Assembly (NCBI GenBank): GCA_965250085.1 | Contig: OZ252287.1 | Coordinates: 544,001-608,000, forward strand | Reading direction: 5' to 3' | From: Candidatus Altimarinota bacterium | GTDB lineage: Bacteria > Patescibacteriota > Gracilibacteria > CAIRYL01 | DNA: 64,000 nucleotides | Shown: in pieces, positions 38,112-48,762 of the stretch | How positions within the stretch are numbered: the stretch's first letter is position 1 | Layout of the letters: each line of letters opens with the position of its first letter | Program-made: the position numbers and the translations under genes | Notes under the pieces: model-generated | Told to the model about the DNA's origin: nothing | Databases searched by the model: none | What the model saw: the letters and a program-made list of their open reading frames with translations, nothing else

Positions 38112-39590
38112 ATGATAAATGATTTTCCGAAAAAACTAACATTTGATGACGTTCTTTTAGCTCCACAGTATTCGGAAATTTTGCCGAAAGATACAGATAC
38201 GTCTATAAAAATATCAAAATCTATTACCCTGCAAATCCCCTTTTTCTCTGCTGCCATGGACACTGTCACAGAGTCCAATATGGCGATCGAAATGGCTCTT
38301 GCAGGTGGAATAGGGGTTATTCACAAAAATCTATCTCCCGAAAATCAGGCAGATCAAGTCGCTATTGTCAAAAGATTTGAGAATGGATTTATCAAAGAGC
38401 CAGTGGTGCTTTCACCCGATGCTACTATTGAGGATGTGTATAACATTCGCAGAGATTGCGGATATAAGGCTGTACCTATCACGAAAAATGGAAAAGCAAG
38501 CGGCAAACTCATGGGGCTCGTAACAGCCAATGATTACTTTATTAATCGACACAGAAGCCAAAAAGTTACCAAACGCATGACACCTGTTGCCAAGCTCCTC
38601 ACTGCAGGAGAAGGAACTTCCTTAGAAAAAGCACATGAAATTTTGGAGGAATCCAAACACTCCAAGCTCCTTATAATTTCTCAGAATGAAGAACTTCGGG
38701 CTATGGTTACCAGAAGAGACTTGGAACGAAAGCAAGACTTTCCTCTTGCCTCACTGGACACAGAAAACAGATTGCTCTGCGCAGCAGCTGTCGGTCCAGC
38801 AAAAAATATGGAAGAAAGAGTAGAAAAACTGGTTTCAGCAGGAGTAGATATTCTGGTGGTAGATACTGCTCACGGACACTCCAGAGGAGTTGGTGATACC
38901 GTAAAATATATTAAGAAATATCATCCCAATATCACGGTAATTGGAGGAAATATTGCTACTCCAGAAGCTGTAGAATTTTTGGCAAAAGCTGGAGCAGATG
39001 GAGTAAAAGTCGGCATTGGACCTGGGTCTATCTGTACCACACGCATTATAGCTGGTGTGGGCATCCCTCAGTTTTCTGCTATTTCCGATTGTGCAAAAAC
39101 AGCGCAGAAAAAAGGACTATCACTTGTTGCAGATGGAGGCATTAAGTATTCTGGAGACGCAGTAAAAGCTCTGGCTGCAGGTGCAAATGCTGTCATGATC
39201 GGCTCACTCTTTGCTGGCACAGAAGAGAGTCCTGGAGAAATCATTTATTCCAATGGAAAAACGTACAAAAGCTATCGTGGCATGGGATCATTAGCAGCCA
39301 TGAAGGGTGGTGGAAATGAGCGCTATGGTCAGTCTGAAATACAGGAAGATACCAAGTTTGTTCCTGAGGGAGTTGAAGGACGAATCCTTTTTAAGGGTTC
39401 CGTTCGCAATGAGATTTACCAGCTCTCCGGAGGACTCAGATCATCTTTAGGATACCAGGGGTGCAAAAACCTTTCTGAACTTCAGAAAAATGCGAAATTC
39501 GTACAAATCAGTAATGCCTCACTGAAAGAAAGCCATCCGCATGACGTCGCTATTGCGCAACATGCTCCAAACTATCGAATGGAGAAATAA
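38112..39590 (+). CDS. guaB: IMP dehydrogenase
   Basis: [22 protein letters not shown] pair, YRGMGS. Confidence 0.98.
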   Translation: MINDFPKKLTFDDVLLAPQYSEILPKDTDTSIKISKSITLQIPFFSAAMDTVTESNMAIEMALAGGIGVIHKNLSPENQADQVAIVKRFENGFIKEPVVLSPDATIEDVYNIRRDCGYKAVPITKNGKASGKLMGLVTANDYFINRHRSQKVTKRMTPVAKLLTAGEGTSLEKAHEILEESKHSKLLIISQNEELRAMVTRRDLERKQDFPLASLDTENRLLCAAAVGPAKNMEERVEKLVSAGVDILVVDTAHGHSRGVGDTVKYIKKYHPNITVIGGNIATPEAVEFLAKAGADGVKVGIGPGSICTTRIIAGVGIPQFSAISDCAKTAQKKGLSLVADGGIKYSGDAVKALAAGANAVMIGSLFAGTEESPGEIIYSNGKTYKSYRGMGSLAAMKGGGNERYGQSEIQEDTKFVPEGVEGRILFKGSVRNEIYQLSGGLRSSLGYQGCKNLSELQKNAKFVQISNASLKESHPHDVAIAQHAPNYRMEK

Positions 39591-39694
39591 AATACTATTG
39601 GAGGGAAGTGTTTGACCGGAGTCAGTACCTAAGTTTCATTGATTTTTAGGCGTAAAAGAGATATAATGAAACGATATATTTTATATAAAAACAC

Positions 39695-40882
39695 ATGTCT
39701 TTTGATGACGACCTTTTCCTAGAGGATACTATTCCTTCCGCCATAAAAGAGATTGATATTACTCTACTCAGAAACCCAAGCGCTCAAAAGCAAACTGGAA
39801 AAAGTGAAGAGATAACAGATGTCCAGATTGAAGGGAATGCTGACAATATTGCCATGGATGATATTCTGGACGTTGCCATCAAAGACAAAGCCTCCGATGT
39901 CCATCTCAGCACAAATTCACGCATTGCACTTCGTATCAATGGAAATATTCACTTTGTGGACAACCTCCCAGAGCTCACAAAAGAGCAAGCAGAAAGGATT
40001 ATCTTCAGCATAATCCCTACTGATAACATGAAAGAGACTCTCATAAGGACGCGGGAATCTGACTTTAACTATGAACATTCAGATGGGACAGGGTTCCGTG
40101 TAAATTTGTTTTACAAGAGAAACAATCTTGCCGCTGTCATGAGACGTATCGAAACGGAAGCATTTACCATAGAAGAGCTTGGCATCCCTCATGCTATTAA
40201 CAAGCTTATTCAGTCACGTCAGGGGCTCATCCTTGTAACCGGTCCTACTGGATCTGGAAAATCAACTTCTATGCAAGCAATGCTTGAGCATATTAATAAG
40301 ACACGGGTGGAGCACATTATCACTATTGAAGATCCCATTGAATTTATTTTTGATCCCAAAAAATCAATTATTTCTCAGCGTGAAATCGGAAGCGATACGC
40401 TTTCTTTTGCCAATTCACTAAGAGCTGCTCTGCGTGAAGATCCTGATGTTATTATGATTGGTGAAATGCGTGATGCAGAAACAATGATGACTGCCATGAA
40501 CCTTGCAGAGACAGGGCATCTCGTTTTTTCCACATTACACACGTTCAATGCGACTCAAACGGTTTCTCGTATTGCCGCTGCTTTTCCACTTGATCAGCAA
40601 TCACAAATATTTGCACAGCTCTCAGACACATTGATCGGAGTCCTTTCTCAACGGTTAGCTCCTCGTATTGATCAGCCAGGGAGAGTTGCTATGTTTGAGC
40701 TCATGGTGGTAAACGCCGGAGTCCGAAACTTAATTCGAAGAGGAGAAGTTACACAAATTCCTAATGCGATTCAGGCAGGTGGGCATTTGGGAATGGTGCG
40801 TATGGAAAAATATGCAGAATACCTTTCTCTCAAAAAGATGGTTCGCAAAGAGGATTATGAGCACTTCTTTATTGAAGAGTAA
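39695..40882 (+). CDS. pilT: Type IV pilus retraction ATPase PilT family
   Basis: GPTGSGKST, TIEDPIE, LREDPD, AETGHLVFSTLHT. Confidence 0.92.
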   Translation: MSFDDDLFLEDTIPSAIKEIDITLLRNPSAQKQTGKSEEITDVQIEGNADNIAMDDILDVAIKDKASDVHLSTNSRIALRINGNIHFVDNLPELTKEQAERIIFSIIPTDNMKETLIRTRESDFNYEHSDGTGFRVNLFYKRNNLAAVMRRIETEAFTIEELGIPHAINKLIQSRQGLILVTGPTGSGKSTSMQAMLEHINKTRVEHIITIEDPIEFIFDPKKSIISQREIGSDTLSFANSLRAALREDPDVIMIGEMRDAETMMTAMNLAETGHLVFSTLHTFNATQTVSRIAAAFPLDQQSQIFAQLSDTLIGVLSQRLAPRIDQPGRVAMFELMVVNAGVRNLIRRGEVTQIPNAIQAGGHLGMVRMEKYAEYLSLKKMVRKEDYEHFFIEE

Positions 40883-42580
40883 TTACTCTTTTCTCATTTG
40901 GAGAGCTGTGTGAATTCGGAAAAAAAGTGGAGTATTCACAATCTTTCCATAAATTTTTTCGAATGGAGGAAAAAGGGATCCTAAATTAGAAAATTTTGAA
41001 GAAAGAAAGTCTTCTGTAATGACAAAAACTTCTTCTGAAGATCCAGCAAATCGAAGAGGAAAATTTTGAAGTATGTCTGGGGTTTCTCTTTTTTGAAGAA
41101 TATTTTCTGATGCATTCTCGAAAGTTGAAAACATTAAAATCTTCCCTTTTTGAGCCAACACAAATTTTGTGCTTTGGTTTTCAAGATCTCTTAAGCCAAA
41201 AGAAATCATCCTTACTCCATCTTCTTCTGTGTCATTTACAGAAATATTTACCTCTTCGGGAAATATTTCTCGTATGGTGCTTCCATCTTCTAATGTATTT
41301 TCTATAATCCGAGGAAGGAATCTCGAAGACATCTTTTCAAGAGATACTTTAAATTTTTCCAGCTTGTTTGATGCAAATTCTGTATCAGAAACTCTCAAGA
41401 GAACAAAAATCTCTTGTGCCTTTTGGTCGCTTCCCACAACAAACTCACCCTCAAGGAGGGGAAGAATATCAAACGTCCAAGATATACCTTCACCAAAAAA
41501 TTGAGATATTTTTTGAGAAAGAATATTTTGAAATCTTTCACGAAAAGTACTATCGACCGAATCAAAATACGTAAGTCCCTGCAAAAAATCTTCTGTAAAA
41601 TCATTCCCCCATATGAAGGCATGGGCATTTCGAGGTATATAGGACAAGAGTGAGGGTGTTCCTCCTGTAAACTCAAGAGCTTCATTACTGAGATCTTTCT
41701 CTGGAGAGATCTCTTCCCGATACAGCAGTATATGTGATTCAAGAGCATTGTTTCTTCTGTTTTCAGTAAGAGCCATGCCTACTTCAGACGCTACTTGAAA
41801 GAGTGGCATCAGTGTCCGATATTCATTTGTTTGTATATGAGAAGTAAGAAATGGCTTACTTCTTATAAAGAGTCTCATAATGTGATTTCTCGGAAGCTCT
41901 GCAACTGTACGTTCAAAATCCTGACTCAAAAAAAGAGAAGACTCTGCTTCTTTTTGAGCACTCAAGAGCATGACAATGCTTTCTTTCTCTTGTGAACACG
42001 TGAAATATCCTTTCAAAACAAAGCAATATTGAGCTCGAGGGGAAGAAAGTGTGAGTATGGTGTGACCTGAGAAGTCTTCTCTTTCAACCCTTTTCTGAGA
42101 AGCAAGGTATTCAGAAAGCGCTTTTTTATTTCCTATAGAGACAAATGTAATTCGTGAGGGAGTGTTGCTGGAAGATCCATACACAGCGATTCCTCCTCTT
42201 TTCCCTCTCCATCTGATAATTTCGTCTGGATGGAAGTCAAAGAAAAATGCTTCTATTTTTTTAAGTGCCTGTTCCCATTCTGGGGAGGAATTTTGAGTTT
42301 CAGAAAAATTTTCAAATCTTTCGACATTCACAAAAGCAATCAAATCTTTTTCTGGAATAATTTTCTCGAGATCAGAAGGAACAAAAACTCTGTCAAAAAG
42401 CAGTAAAGCAGTAAAAATACACATCAAACCTCCCACCAGAAGAAACAACATTCCCGAAAGGAAGTTTGTTCTTTTTTTTGATTTTGTTTGTGCAGAAGAT
42501 TTCTTTTCTTTTGTTTTTTTCTGGCTTCGTTTTTTCTGTGGCTCCATCTTCTTCGCCAATATGCTCCAAAGTTTTTTCAT
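40883..42580 (-). CDS. Membrane-anchored DUF3352-like protein
   Basis: Basic N-tail, single TM, duplicated 'L...IP' units, 'FDILPLLEGEF'. Confidence 0.6.
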   Translation of the reverse strand: MKKLWSILAKKMEPQKKRSQKKTKEKKSSAQTKSKKRTNFLSGMLFLLVGGLMCIFTALLLFDRVFVPSDLEKIIPEKDLIAFVNVERFENFSETQNSSPEWEQALKKIEAFFFDFHPDEIIRWRGKRGGIAVYGSSSNTPSRITFVSIGNKKALSEYLASQKRVEREDFSGHTILTLSSPRAQYCFVLKGYFTCSQEKESIVMLLSAQKEAESSLFLSQDFERTVAELPRNHIMRLFIRSKPFLTSHIQTNEYRTLMPLFQVASEVGMALTENRRNNALESHILLYREEISPEKDLSNEALEFTGGTPSLLSYIPRNAHAFIWGNDFTEDFLQGLTYFDSVDSTFRERFQNILSQKISQFFGEGISWTFDILPLLEGEFVVGSDQKAQEIFVLLRVSDTEFASNKLEKFKVSLEKMSSRFLPRIIENTLEDGSTIREIFPEEVNISVNDTEEDGVRMISFGLRDLENQSTKFVLAQKGKILMFSTFENASENILQKRETPDILQNFPLRFAGSSEEVFVITEDFLSSKFSNLGSLFPPFEKIYGKIVNTPLFFRIHTALQMRKE

Positions 42581-42717
42581 TTTTCAAGAAAGATCAAATA
42601 TACTTGAGCAGTATAGAAAAGATTTGATCTTCAATCGAGAGAAAATTTATTTTGTTTACTCTTCATTCCATATCTTCTGTTCATACGAAATTATGTGTAT
42701 ATTTTGAAAAAAGTGCT

Positions 42718-43188
42718 ATGAAAATCCATATTCTTGCCGTTGGGAAAACAAAAGAACCTTGGTGTCAAAAAGGAGAGATAACATATCTACATCTCCTTCA
42801 AAATATTTGTGATATACAATCTGCTGTGGTTCCTGAGGAAAAAATAACTCCTTCTGTTTCCAAAAGGGAAGTTCAAAAAAGAGAAGGTCTCTTTTTACTC
42901 AAAAAAATACCGCCAGATTCTCACGTTGTTGCACTTTCTCCTGACGGCACACAAATGTCTTCTCAGGAATTTTCAAAATTTTTAAAAAACATCAGAGATA
43001 TTGGAGGAGGGAAGGCATGCTTCCTTATTGGTGGTCCTCTGGGGCTTTCTCAGGAAGTTTTAGACACATCAGATCAGATTATCTCATTTTCATCTATGAC
43101 ATTTCCTCACGATTTATTTCGCATTATGCTTTTAGAACAACTGTATCGTGGACTCTCCATTCTCTTCGGAAAAAAATATCACAAGTAA
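42718..43188 (+). CDS. rlmH: 23S rRNA m3Psi1915 methyltransferase
   Basis: ILAVGK, FLIGGPLG, MTFPH, EQLYR, YHK. Confidence 0.95.
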   Translation: MKIHILAVGKTKEPWCQKGEITYLHLLQNICDIQSAVVPEEKITPSVSKREVQKREGLFLLKKIPPDSHVVALSPDGTQMSSQEFSKFLKNIRDIGGGKACFLIGGPLGLSQEVLDTSDQIISFSSMTFPHDLFRIMLLEQLYRGLSILFGKKYHK

Positions 43189-43257
43189 GAAGTGAAACCT
43201 CTTTTCATTTCCCCCCTTTTTTGAAACCATAGAACAGCTTTTGAGATATAGAGTATT

Positions 43258-44436
43258 ATGAACATTCTCGTTGATCTTAGATCTCTTCAAACCGAGCATG
43301 TCTCTGGGGTTACCGTGTTTGGAGAAAATTTAGTTCAGAACCTTTGTGAGCACTATCCAGAGGAGCGCTTTTATTTGTGGACAAACTCTTTGACTTCACT
43401 CCCAGAAAGCTTTTCTGACATTTCATTCCCTAATGCAACTCACATTCATACCAAAATTCCAAATATTATTCTCACGCTTTTATCTTCTCTTTTTCGCATT
43501 CCAAAAATCGATACTCTGGTCAAAAAACAAATAAAAAAGATGGATGGGGAGATAGTAGAGTTTGATATCGCCTTTATACCAGATCCCAGACCATTTCCTG
43601 TCTCGACTAAGTGCAAAAAAGTTTGTCTTTTTCATGATCTTTCTCCTTTGCATTTTCCACAAACATTTTCTCTCAAAACTCGTATATGGCATCGGTTGGT
43701 GCGCTTTACAAAAGAGGCGAGAGAATCAACTCACATCTTTACTCCATCTCGACATACAAAAGACGATATTGTCCAAGAATTGGGCGTCTCTTCAGAAAAA
43801 ATATCAGTCATTGGTGCCGGTGTTTCAGAAGCACTCAGACCCATTACGGACGATATGGAAAAAGAAGCAGTACGAAAAAAATATAAGCTTCCCGAAAATT
43901 TTTTTCTAACTCTTTCTACTTTAGAACCCCGTAAAAATATCTCCGCCCTCATAGAAGCATTTTGTCGATTCCAAAAAATACATGATACTGAAGATTTTTT
44001 TCTCGTCATTGCGGGAACTGCAGATCCTAAAATATTTGCTCACATGCATATTGCTGATCATCCGAACATCTTATTTCCCGGACATATCGAAGAAACTGAA
44101 AAGGCTGCTCTCTTTTCATCCGCAATAGCATTTGTGTATCCTTCACTCTTTGAAGGCTTTGGAATGCCAGTATTGGAAGCAATGGCATGTGGTGTTCCCG
44201 TTCTCAGTTCGCAAAAAGCTTCTCTTCCGGAAGTGTATGGAGATGCCGCTCTTTCTTTTGATCCTACTTCCATTTCAGATATGACGGATGCTCTTGAAAA
44301 CATGTACGTGAGAAAAAATATGCGAAAAGAATTGAGGGAAAAAGGGTTTCAAAGAGCGTCTTCTCCTCAGTTTCATTGGACAACTGTTGCTCGAAAAGTA
44401 ATGGCGATCTGTGCAGAGATTGAGGATATGTATTGA
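43258..44436 (+). CDS. Glycosyltransferase family 4
   Basis: TLEPRKN, PSLFEGFGMPVLEAMACG. Confidence 0.93.
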   Translation: MNILVDLRSLQTEHVSGVTVFGENLVQNLCEHYPEERFYLWTNSLTSLPESFSDISFPNATHIHTKIPNIILTLLSSLFRIPKIDTLVKKQIKKMDGEIVEFDIAFIPDPRPFPVSTKCKKVCLFHDLSPLHFPQTFSLKTRIWHRLVRFTKEARESTHIFTPSRHTKDDIVQELGVSSEKISVIGAGVSEALRPITDDMEKEAVRKKYKLPENFFLTLSTLEPRKNISALIEAFCRFQKIHDTEDFFLVIAGTADPKIFAHMHIADHPNILFPGHIEETEKAALFSSAIAFVYPSLFEGFGMPVLEAMACGVPVLSSQKASLPEVYGDAALSFDPTSISDMTDALENMYVRKNMRKELREKGFQRASSPQFHWTTVARKVMAICAEIEDMY

Positions 44437-44498
44437 TTTTTAAAATTTGCGCCTTAGTGTTTTCTCTTGTAGAATCGTCACACTTTTTTTTGAATATT

Positions 44499-45491
44499 AT
44501 GGATTTGCATCAAATACTACGAGGCATGTGTGCTCTCTTGTTTCTTTGCACTTTTTCATTCTCAACTGTCCAAGCGCAGAACACTCCAGAGCTTTGGGAT
44601 GAGTTCTTACGTCTCCAAGAAAACAGTATTCCAGAGTTGAATACTGCACGAGCGAATGTTCGGTTTAATGGCGTTGTGAAAGCAGAAAATATAAGAGGGA
44701 CCATGCGCGGCAGAATAACAGTACTGGTTGATGTCTTGAAAAAACATATTCAGGAACGATTTACCGTTTCTTTTTCTGGACAAAACTTCACAACAGGTGA
44801 AGAAGCCGATATTTCTGCGGATGCAGAGATACGTCTTTTTCCCGAAGATATGTATATGATCCTTCATGATTTTGAAATGTTTATTGGTGACGATGATACA
44901 GCTCCTCCTCCTTTCCTCCAGCAGTGGATGGTAATGTCTTTAGAAGAACTCGGCGAAGAGGGAGAAGACATTTTTCGCACTTGGCCAGAAAATGCTTCCC
45001 ACTTTGGATATGAGGATATGAAAACTCAACTCTTGCAGGATGAGGATTTGAGCGAAACTGATCGGGAAATGCTGACAATATTTTTTGAGTCATTGGAACA
45101 AGGTGAAATATTTACCCTTACAAAAAAAGAAATCTCTGAAACACGTACCGCCTATATTTTGAGACTTAACAAGTTGGGGACAATTAATTTATTGAAGAAA
45201 ATGGCAGAAATAGCAGATGATCCACTTGAGGTTCAGGCAATAAATGATATACAGGATTTCCTAAAAAAAATTACTCTGATCATCTCTGTAGTTGTAAATC
45301 CTCAGGATCCCAATACCACAAAAGCTCGTCTTTATTTTCGAGGTGCCAATCTCGCACCAGAGCTCTCTTTGATCTCTCTTAAAATGTTCGTAAGTGAATA
45401 CTTTAATGAGCCAATCAGCATTCAAAAACCAGTAGACGCCGTTTCCATGGATGAACTTCTTGAAATACCTCCCGCTGAAGAAATGCAATAA
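44499..45491 (+). CDS. Secreted hypothetical protein
   Basis: Signal peptide ending 'VQA', acidic body. Confidence 0.65.
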   Translation: MDLHQILRGMCALLFLCTFSFSTVQAQNTPELWDEFLRLQENSIPELNTARANVRFNGVVKAENIRGTMRGRITVLVDVLKKHIQERFTVSFSGQNFTTGEEADISADAEIRLFPEDMYMILHDFEMFIGDDDTAPPPFLQQWMVMSLEELGEEGEDIFRTWPENASHFGYEDMKTQLLQDEDLSETDREMLTIFFESLEQGEIFTLTKKEISETRTAYILRLNKLGTINLLKKMAEIADDPLEVQAINDIQDFLKKITLIISVVVNPQDPNTTKARLYFRGANLAPELSLISLKMFVSEYFNEPISIQKPVDAVSMDELLEIPPAEEMQ

Positions 45492-45518
45492 ATAAGAACA
45501 TATGAGATAAAAAATATA

Positions 45519-45549
45519 AAAGAGCAGCCATAATTAATGGCTGTTCTTT
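45519..45549. terminator. Intrinsic terminator
   Basis: AAAGAGCAGCCAT-N5-ATGGCTGTTCTTT. Confidence 0.7.
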
Positions 45550-45585
45550 CCTATGTATACGGAAAATTATTTTTCAAAAATGGAG

Positions 45586-45634
45586 TTAGCACTCTCGGCT
45601 TGAGATTGACAAAAAGAAATCGGAAGGGTAGCAT
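45586..45634 (+). promoter_or_regulatory. CIRCE-like operator overlapping the sigma70 promoter of dnaJ
   Basis: TTAGCACTC-N9-GATTGACAA (consensus right arm GAGTGCTAA). TTGACA(45606)-N17-TAGCAT(45629). Confidence 0.7.
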
Positions 45635-45658
45635 GTACTGAGCTATTCTAAAATTTTG

Positions 45659-46762
45659 ATGAAAGATCTCTATGAAATTCTTGGCTTGAAAAAAGGAGCG
45701 TCTGAAGATGAAATAAAGCGTGCATATAGAAAACTTGCTGCTAAGTATCATCCTGATGTCAATAAAGAAGAAGGTGCTGTAGAGAAATTTAAAGAGATAC
45801 AAGGTGCCTATGAAATTCTTTCTGACGCCCAGAAAAAATCACAATATGACCAATTTGGAACTACCGGAAGCCCTTTTGGAGGAGGTTCTAATAGTGGATT
45901 TGGAGGATTTAATGGAGAAGAATTTGGTGGATTTGAAGATCTCGGTGATATTTTTGAAAGTTTTTTTGGAGGAGGAGGCCGAAAAAGAGGGCCTTCACGA
46001 GGAAGAGATATCAAAATACAAGTATCTCTCTCTTTTATGGAGAGTATTACTGGTATCCAAAAAGATATTGTTACTGACAGTTTTGAAACTTGCTCTTCCT
46101 GTGAAGGAAAAGCTGTTGAAAAAGGATCAAAGTTTGTAACATGTGCTACCTGTTCTGGCACTGGAAGTATTTCCAGAACCCAGCAAACACCGCTCGGAAA
46201 CATCAGAACAACTGCCACGTGTGCCCAATGCCAAGGAGAAGGTCGCACTCCAGAGAAACCGTGTAAAACCTGTAGCGGAACTGGTCGCACCAAAGAAAAA
46301 CGAACCCTCAGGGTAAACATTCCACCAGGTGTATATGACGACGCCCTTTTGAGGCTGGGGGGAAAGGGAGAGGCAGGAGAGAGAGGTACCCCATCAGGAG
46401 ATCTGTTGGTCTACATTCGTGTGACTGCTTCTAAAGATTTTGAGCGTGACGGGGATAATATCTTAAGCACAATACATATTCATGTTCTTCAGGCTATTTT
46501 GGGGGATGACATTGTGGTAAAAACAGTACATAGCACAGAGACGATTAAAATACCTCCTGGCACCCAAAGCGGTAAGGTTTTTCGTATTCGATACAAAGGA
46601 GCACCTGTCTTGGGAAAAAACAGTAATGGTGATCATTTGGTAACAATAATTATAGATATCCCAAAGAAAATTTCGACGAAGGAAAAAGAACATTACAAAG
46701 AACTGGCAAAAGAAGCCAAAATGAATGTGAAAGAAAAAGGATTCTTTGAGAAGTTGTTTTAG
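45659..46762 (+). CDS. dnaJ: Chaperone DnaJ
   Basis: HPD, G/F region, four CxxCxGxG-type repeats. Confidence 0.98.
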   Translation: MKDLYEILGLKKGASEDEIKRAYRKLAAKYHPDVNKEEGAVEKFKEIQGAYEILSDAQKKSQYDQFGTTGSPFGGGSNSGFGGFNGEEFGGFEDLGDIFESFFGGGGRKRGPSRGRDIKIQVSLSFMESITGIQKDIVTDSFETCSSCEGKAVEKGSKFVTCATCSGTGSISRTQQTPLGNIRTTATCAQCQGEGRTPEKPCKTCSGTGRTKEKRTLRVNIPPGVYDDALLRLGGKGEAGERGTPSGDLLVYIRVTASKDFERDGDNILSTIHIHVLQAILGDDIVVKTVHSTETIKIPPGTQSGKVFRIRYKGAPVLGKNSNGDHLVTIIIDIPKKISTKEKEHYKELAKEAKMNVKEKGFFEKLF

Positions 46763-46833
46763 AAAAAAAACTATAAGCTTTTAGCTCTTAAGTAATAGGA
46801 AAATAATTATTCCATCCTTTGCTGAATTCATAA

Positions 46834-46966
46834 TTCTCCATTGGAATAAATTTAGTGAATATTCCTCACGAATAAAACGATAAAAATTGCATGTGGGAAG
46901 AATTGGAGGCTTGCAATTTTTGTGGAGTGAGTGAATGGGATATTCTAAATTTATTCCAATGGAGAA
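46834..46966. other. 133-bp long hairpin element (ncRNA or MITE candidate)
   Basis: Perfect 22-bp IR 46834-46855/46945-46966, inner 10-bp IR 46882-46891/46912-46921. Confidence 0.6.
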
Positions 46967-47019
46967 AGCTTTTTGGTTCTTTTTGGCATCAAAAAGAACA
47001 GGGAAGTTTTTATATCAGG

Positions 47020-47045
47020 TAACGGCGGAATTAATTCCGCCGTTA
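47020..47045. repeat. Perfect 26-bp palindrome (REP-like)
   Basis: TAACGGCGGAATTAATTCCGCCGTTA. Confidence 0.7.
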
Positions 47046-47173
47046 AAAACCTCAGCACAACAGCAAAAACCATCGCTAATTATAACTCTTCAACTATCTC
47101 TTTATTTCCGCAAGCCAACTTCCTTGGAGGAAAACATGATTTGAAGGAAAATGATCTCCTTGATTTGACATGA

Positions 47174-48169
47174 ATGGTATCTGAAAAAAGTATTATTGCG
47201 CAGGCAGGCAAAGCGATCACAAATGCCAAAAATATCCTGATTATTACACACCGAAATCCTGATGGAGATGCCATCGGTTCAGCGCTTGGTATGTATGAAA
47301 TGTTAGGTAAATTGAAAAAAAAACCAACATTTTTTTGCATCGATCAAATTCCCGAATCATTCTATTTTCTTCCCAATAGTGAAGAAGTAGTACATGAATT
47401 TGATCCTGGTAACTTTGACCTTGCCATCATGCTTGATTGCGGAGCTGACTATATGGCGGGAATCAAAGAAACCCATGGGGAAATATATGGGGGCACATAT
47501 CCTCTCATCAATATTGATCATCATCCTTCCAATGATCATTTTGGAAAATGGAACTTGGTCGATACTGAGTCAGCATCTACAACACAGATTCTCACAAACC
47601 TCTTTGATGAACTTAAGTGGAAGATTACTCCGCGCATTGCCACATGCCTTATGACAGGGCTTTATACTGACACTGGCTCTCTTAAGCACTCTAATGCAAC
47701 CGCAGATGTGCATCGCATCGCTTCCCAGCTTATGAAAAAAGGAGCACGACTCAAAGATATCATAGGCTATGTATTTAAAAACAATAGCGTAGATGTCTTG
47801 AGGCTTTGGGGCAGAGTTATGAAGCGTATTACTCAAACCCCGGAAAACATTACCATCTCTACCGTTTCTGATAGAGATTTTACAGAAACCAATACCAGTA
47901 AACCGGATTTAACAGGAGTGGTGGACTATCTCAACGCAGTACCTGATGCCAAATTTTCACTCCTCCTGACGGAAATAAATGGCCAAGTCAAAGGATCACT
48001 TCGGACCCTCAGAGACGATGTAGATCTCACGGAAATTGCGGGACGTTTGGGTGGAGGTGGCCACAAGAAAGCTTCTGGATTCACTATTCCCGGAAAATTG
48101 GAACTGCAAACACGATTTAAGATTGTTGGAGAGGAGAAAGAATTTGAGGATAGTGTCTTCAGCACTTAA
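47174..48169 (+). CDS. nrnA: DHH/DHHA1 nanoRNase/pAp phosphatase
   Basis: HRNPDGDAIGS, IDHH, TDTG, GGGGHKKASG. Confidence 0.92.
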   Translation: MVSEKSIIAQAGKAITNAKNILIITHRNPDGDAIGSALGMYEMLGKLKKKPTFFCIDQIPESFYFLPNSEEVVHEFDPGNFDLAIMLDCGADYMAGIKETHGEIYGGTYPLINIDHHPSNDHFGKWNLVDTESASTTQILTNLFDELKWKITPRIATCLMTGLYTDTGSLKHSNATADVHRIASQLMKKGARLKDIIGYVFKNNSVDVLRLWGRVMKRITQTPENITISTVSDRDFTETNTSKPDLTGVVDYLNAVPDAKFSLLLTEINGQVKGSLRTLRDDVDLTEIAGRLGGGGHKKASGFTIPGKLELQTRFKIVGEEKEFEDSVFST

Positions 48170-48182
48170 AAATTCTGATCAT

Positions 48183-48506
48183 TTATTCGGCAGCTCTTCT
48201 TTCCACTTCCTCCTCCAACAAAGTATATAACCAATCTGGAAGAGCCGAGAAATCCTCCACTTTCCCTTCTTTTAAATTCGCTAAAATTGTTGGTCTATTA
48301 AAATCACAAGAACATCCTGCAAGATCGCCAGATACAAGTCTTATAGTATTATGAATACGCTCCTGTGTTGAACCTTGTAAAGCTTCTATTGTACAAGAAT
48401 TCATAATCGTTTCGAATTGTTCTCCAAATTCTCTTTTAAACATATCCCTTATGTGTTCTCCAAGATATTGTGTCTCTGACGCCATTTCTATGAAGTCCAT
48501 CGCCAT
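48183..48506 (-). CDS. Hypothetical protein
   Basis: 107-aa ORF with ATG start. Confidence 0.55.
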   Translation of the reverse strand: MAMDFIEMASETQYLGEHIRDMFKREFGEQFETIMNSCTIEALQGSTQERIHNTIRLVSGDLAGCSCDFNRPTILANLKEGKVEDFSALPDWLYTLLEEEVERRAAE

Positions 48507-48762
48507 TGTATTGTAAATAAAAAAGCATTAGTATTATAATCATAAATTTATTTTTTGTCGAGATTCCCTCTATAGACCCGAATATCTTTATCTTAAGATA
48601 AATTAAGTTCTGTAAAAACATACTTCAATTTAAAAAATTTAAGATAAAAGCAAATATTTGCAATCCAAGGTTTAGAGTTCTCCTTCAGGGAAGAATTCTT
48701 GTTGCCAAAAAAGTGAAAACAGAACACAATGCGTTGGAAAATTTTTTAGAAGTAAAAACCTA

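Noticed and set aside
45808-46320. Long antisense ORFs over dnaJ, gatB, carB and other core genes
   Set aside because: Shadow frames of well-supported genes.
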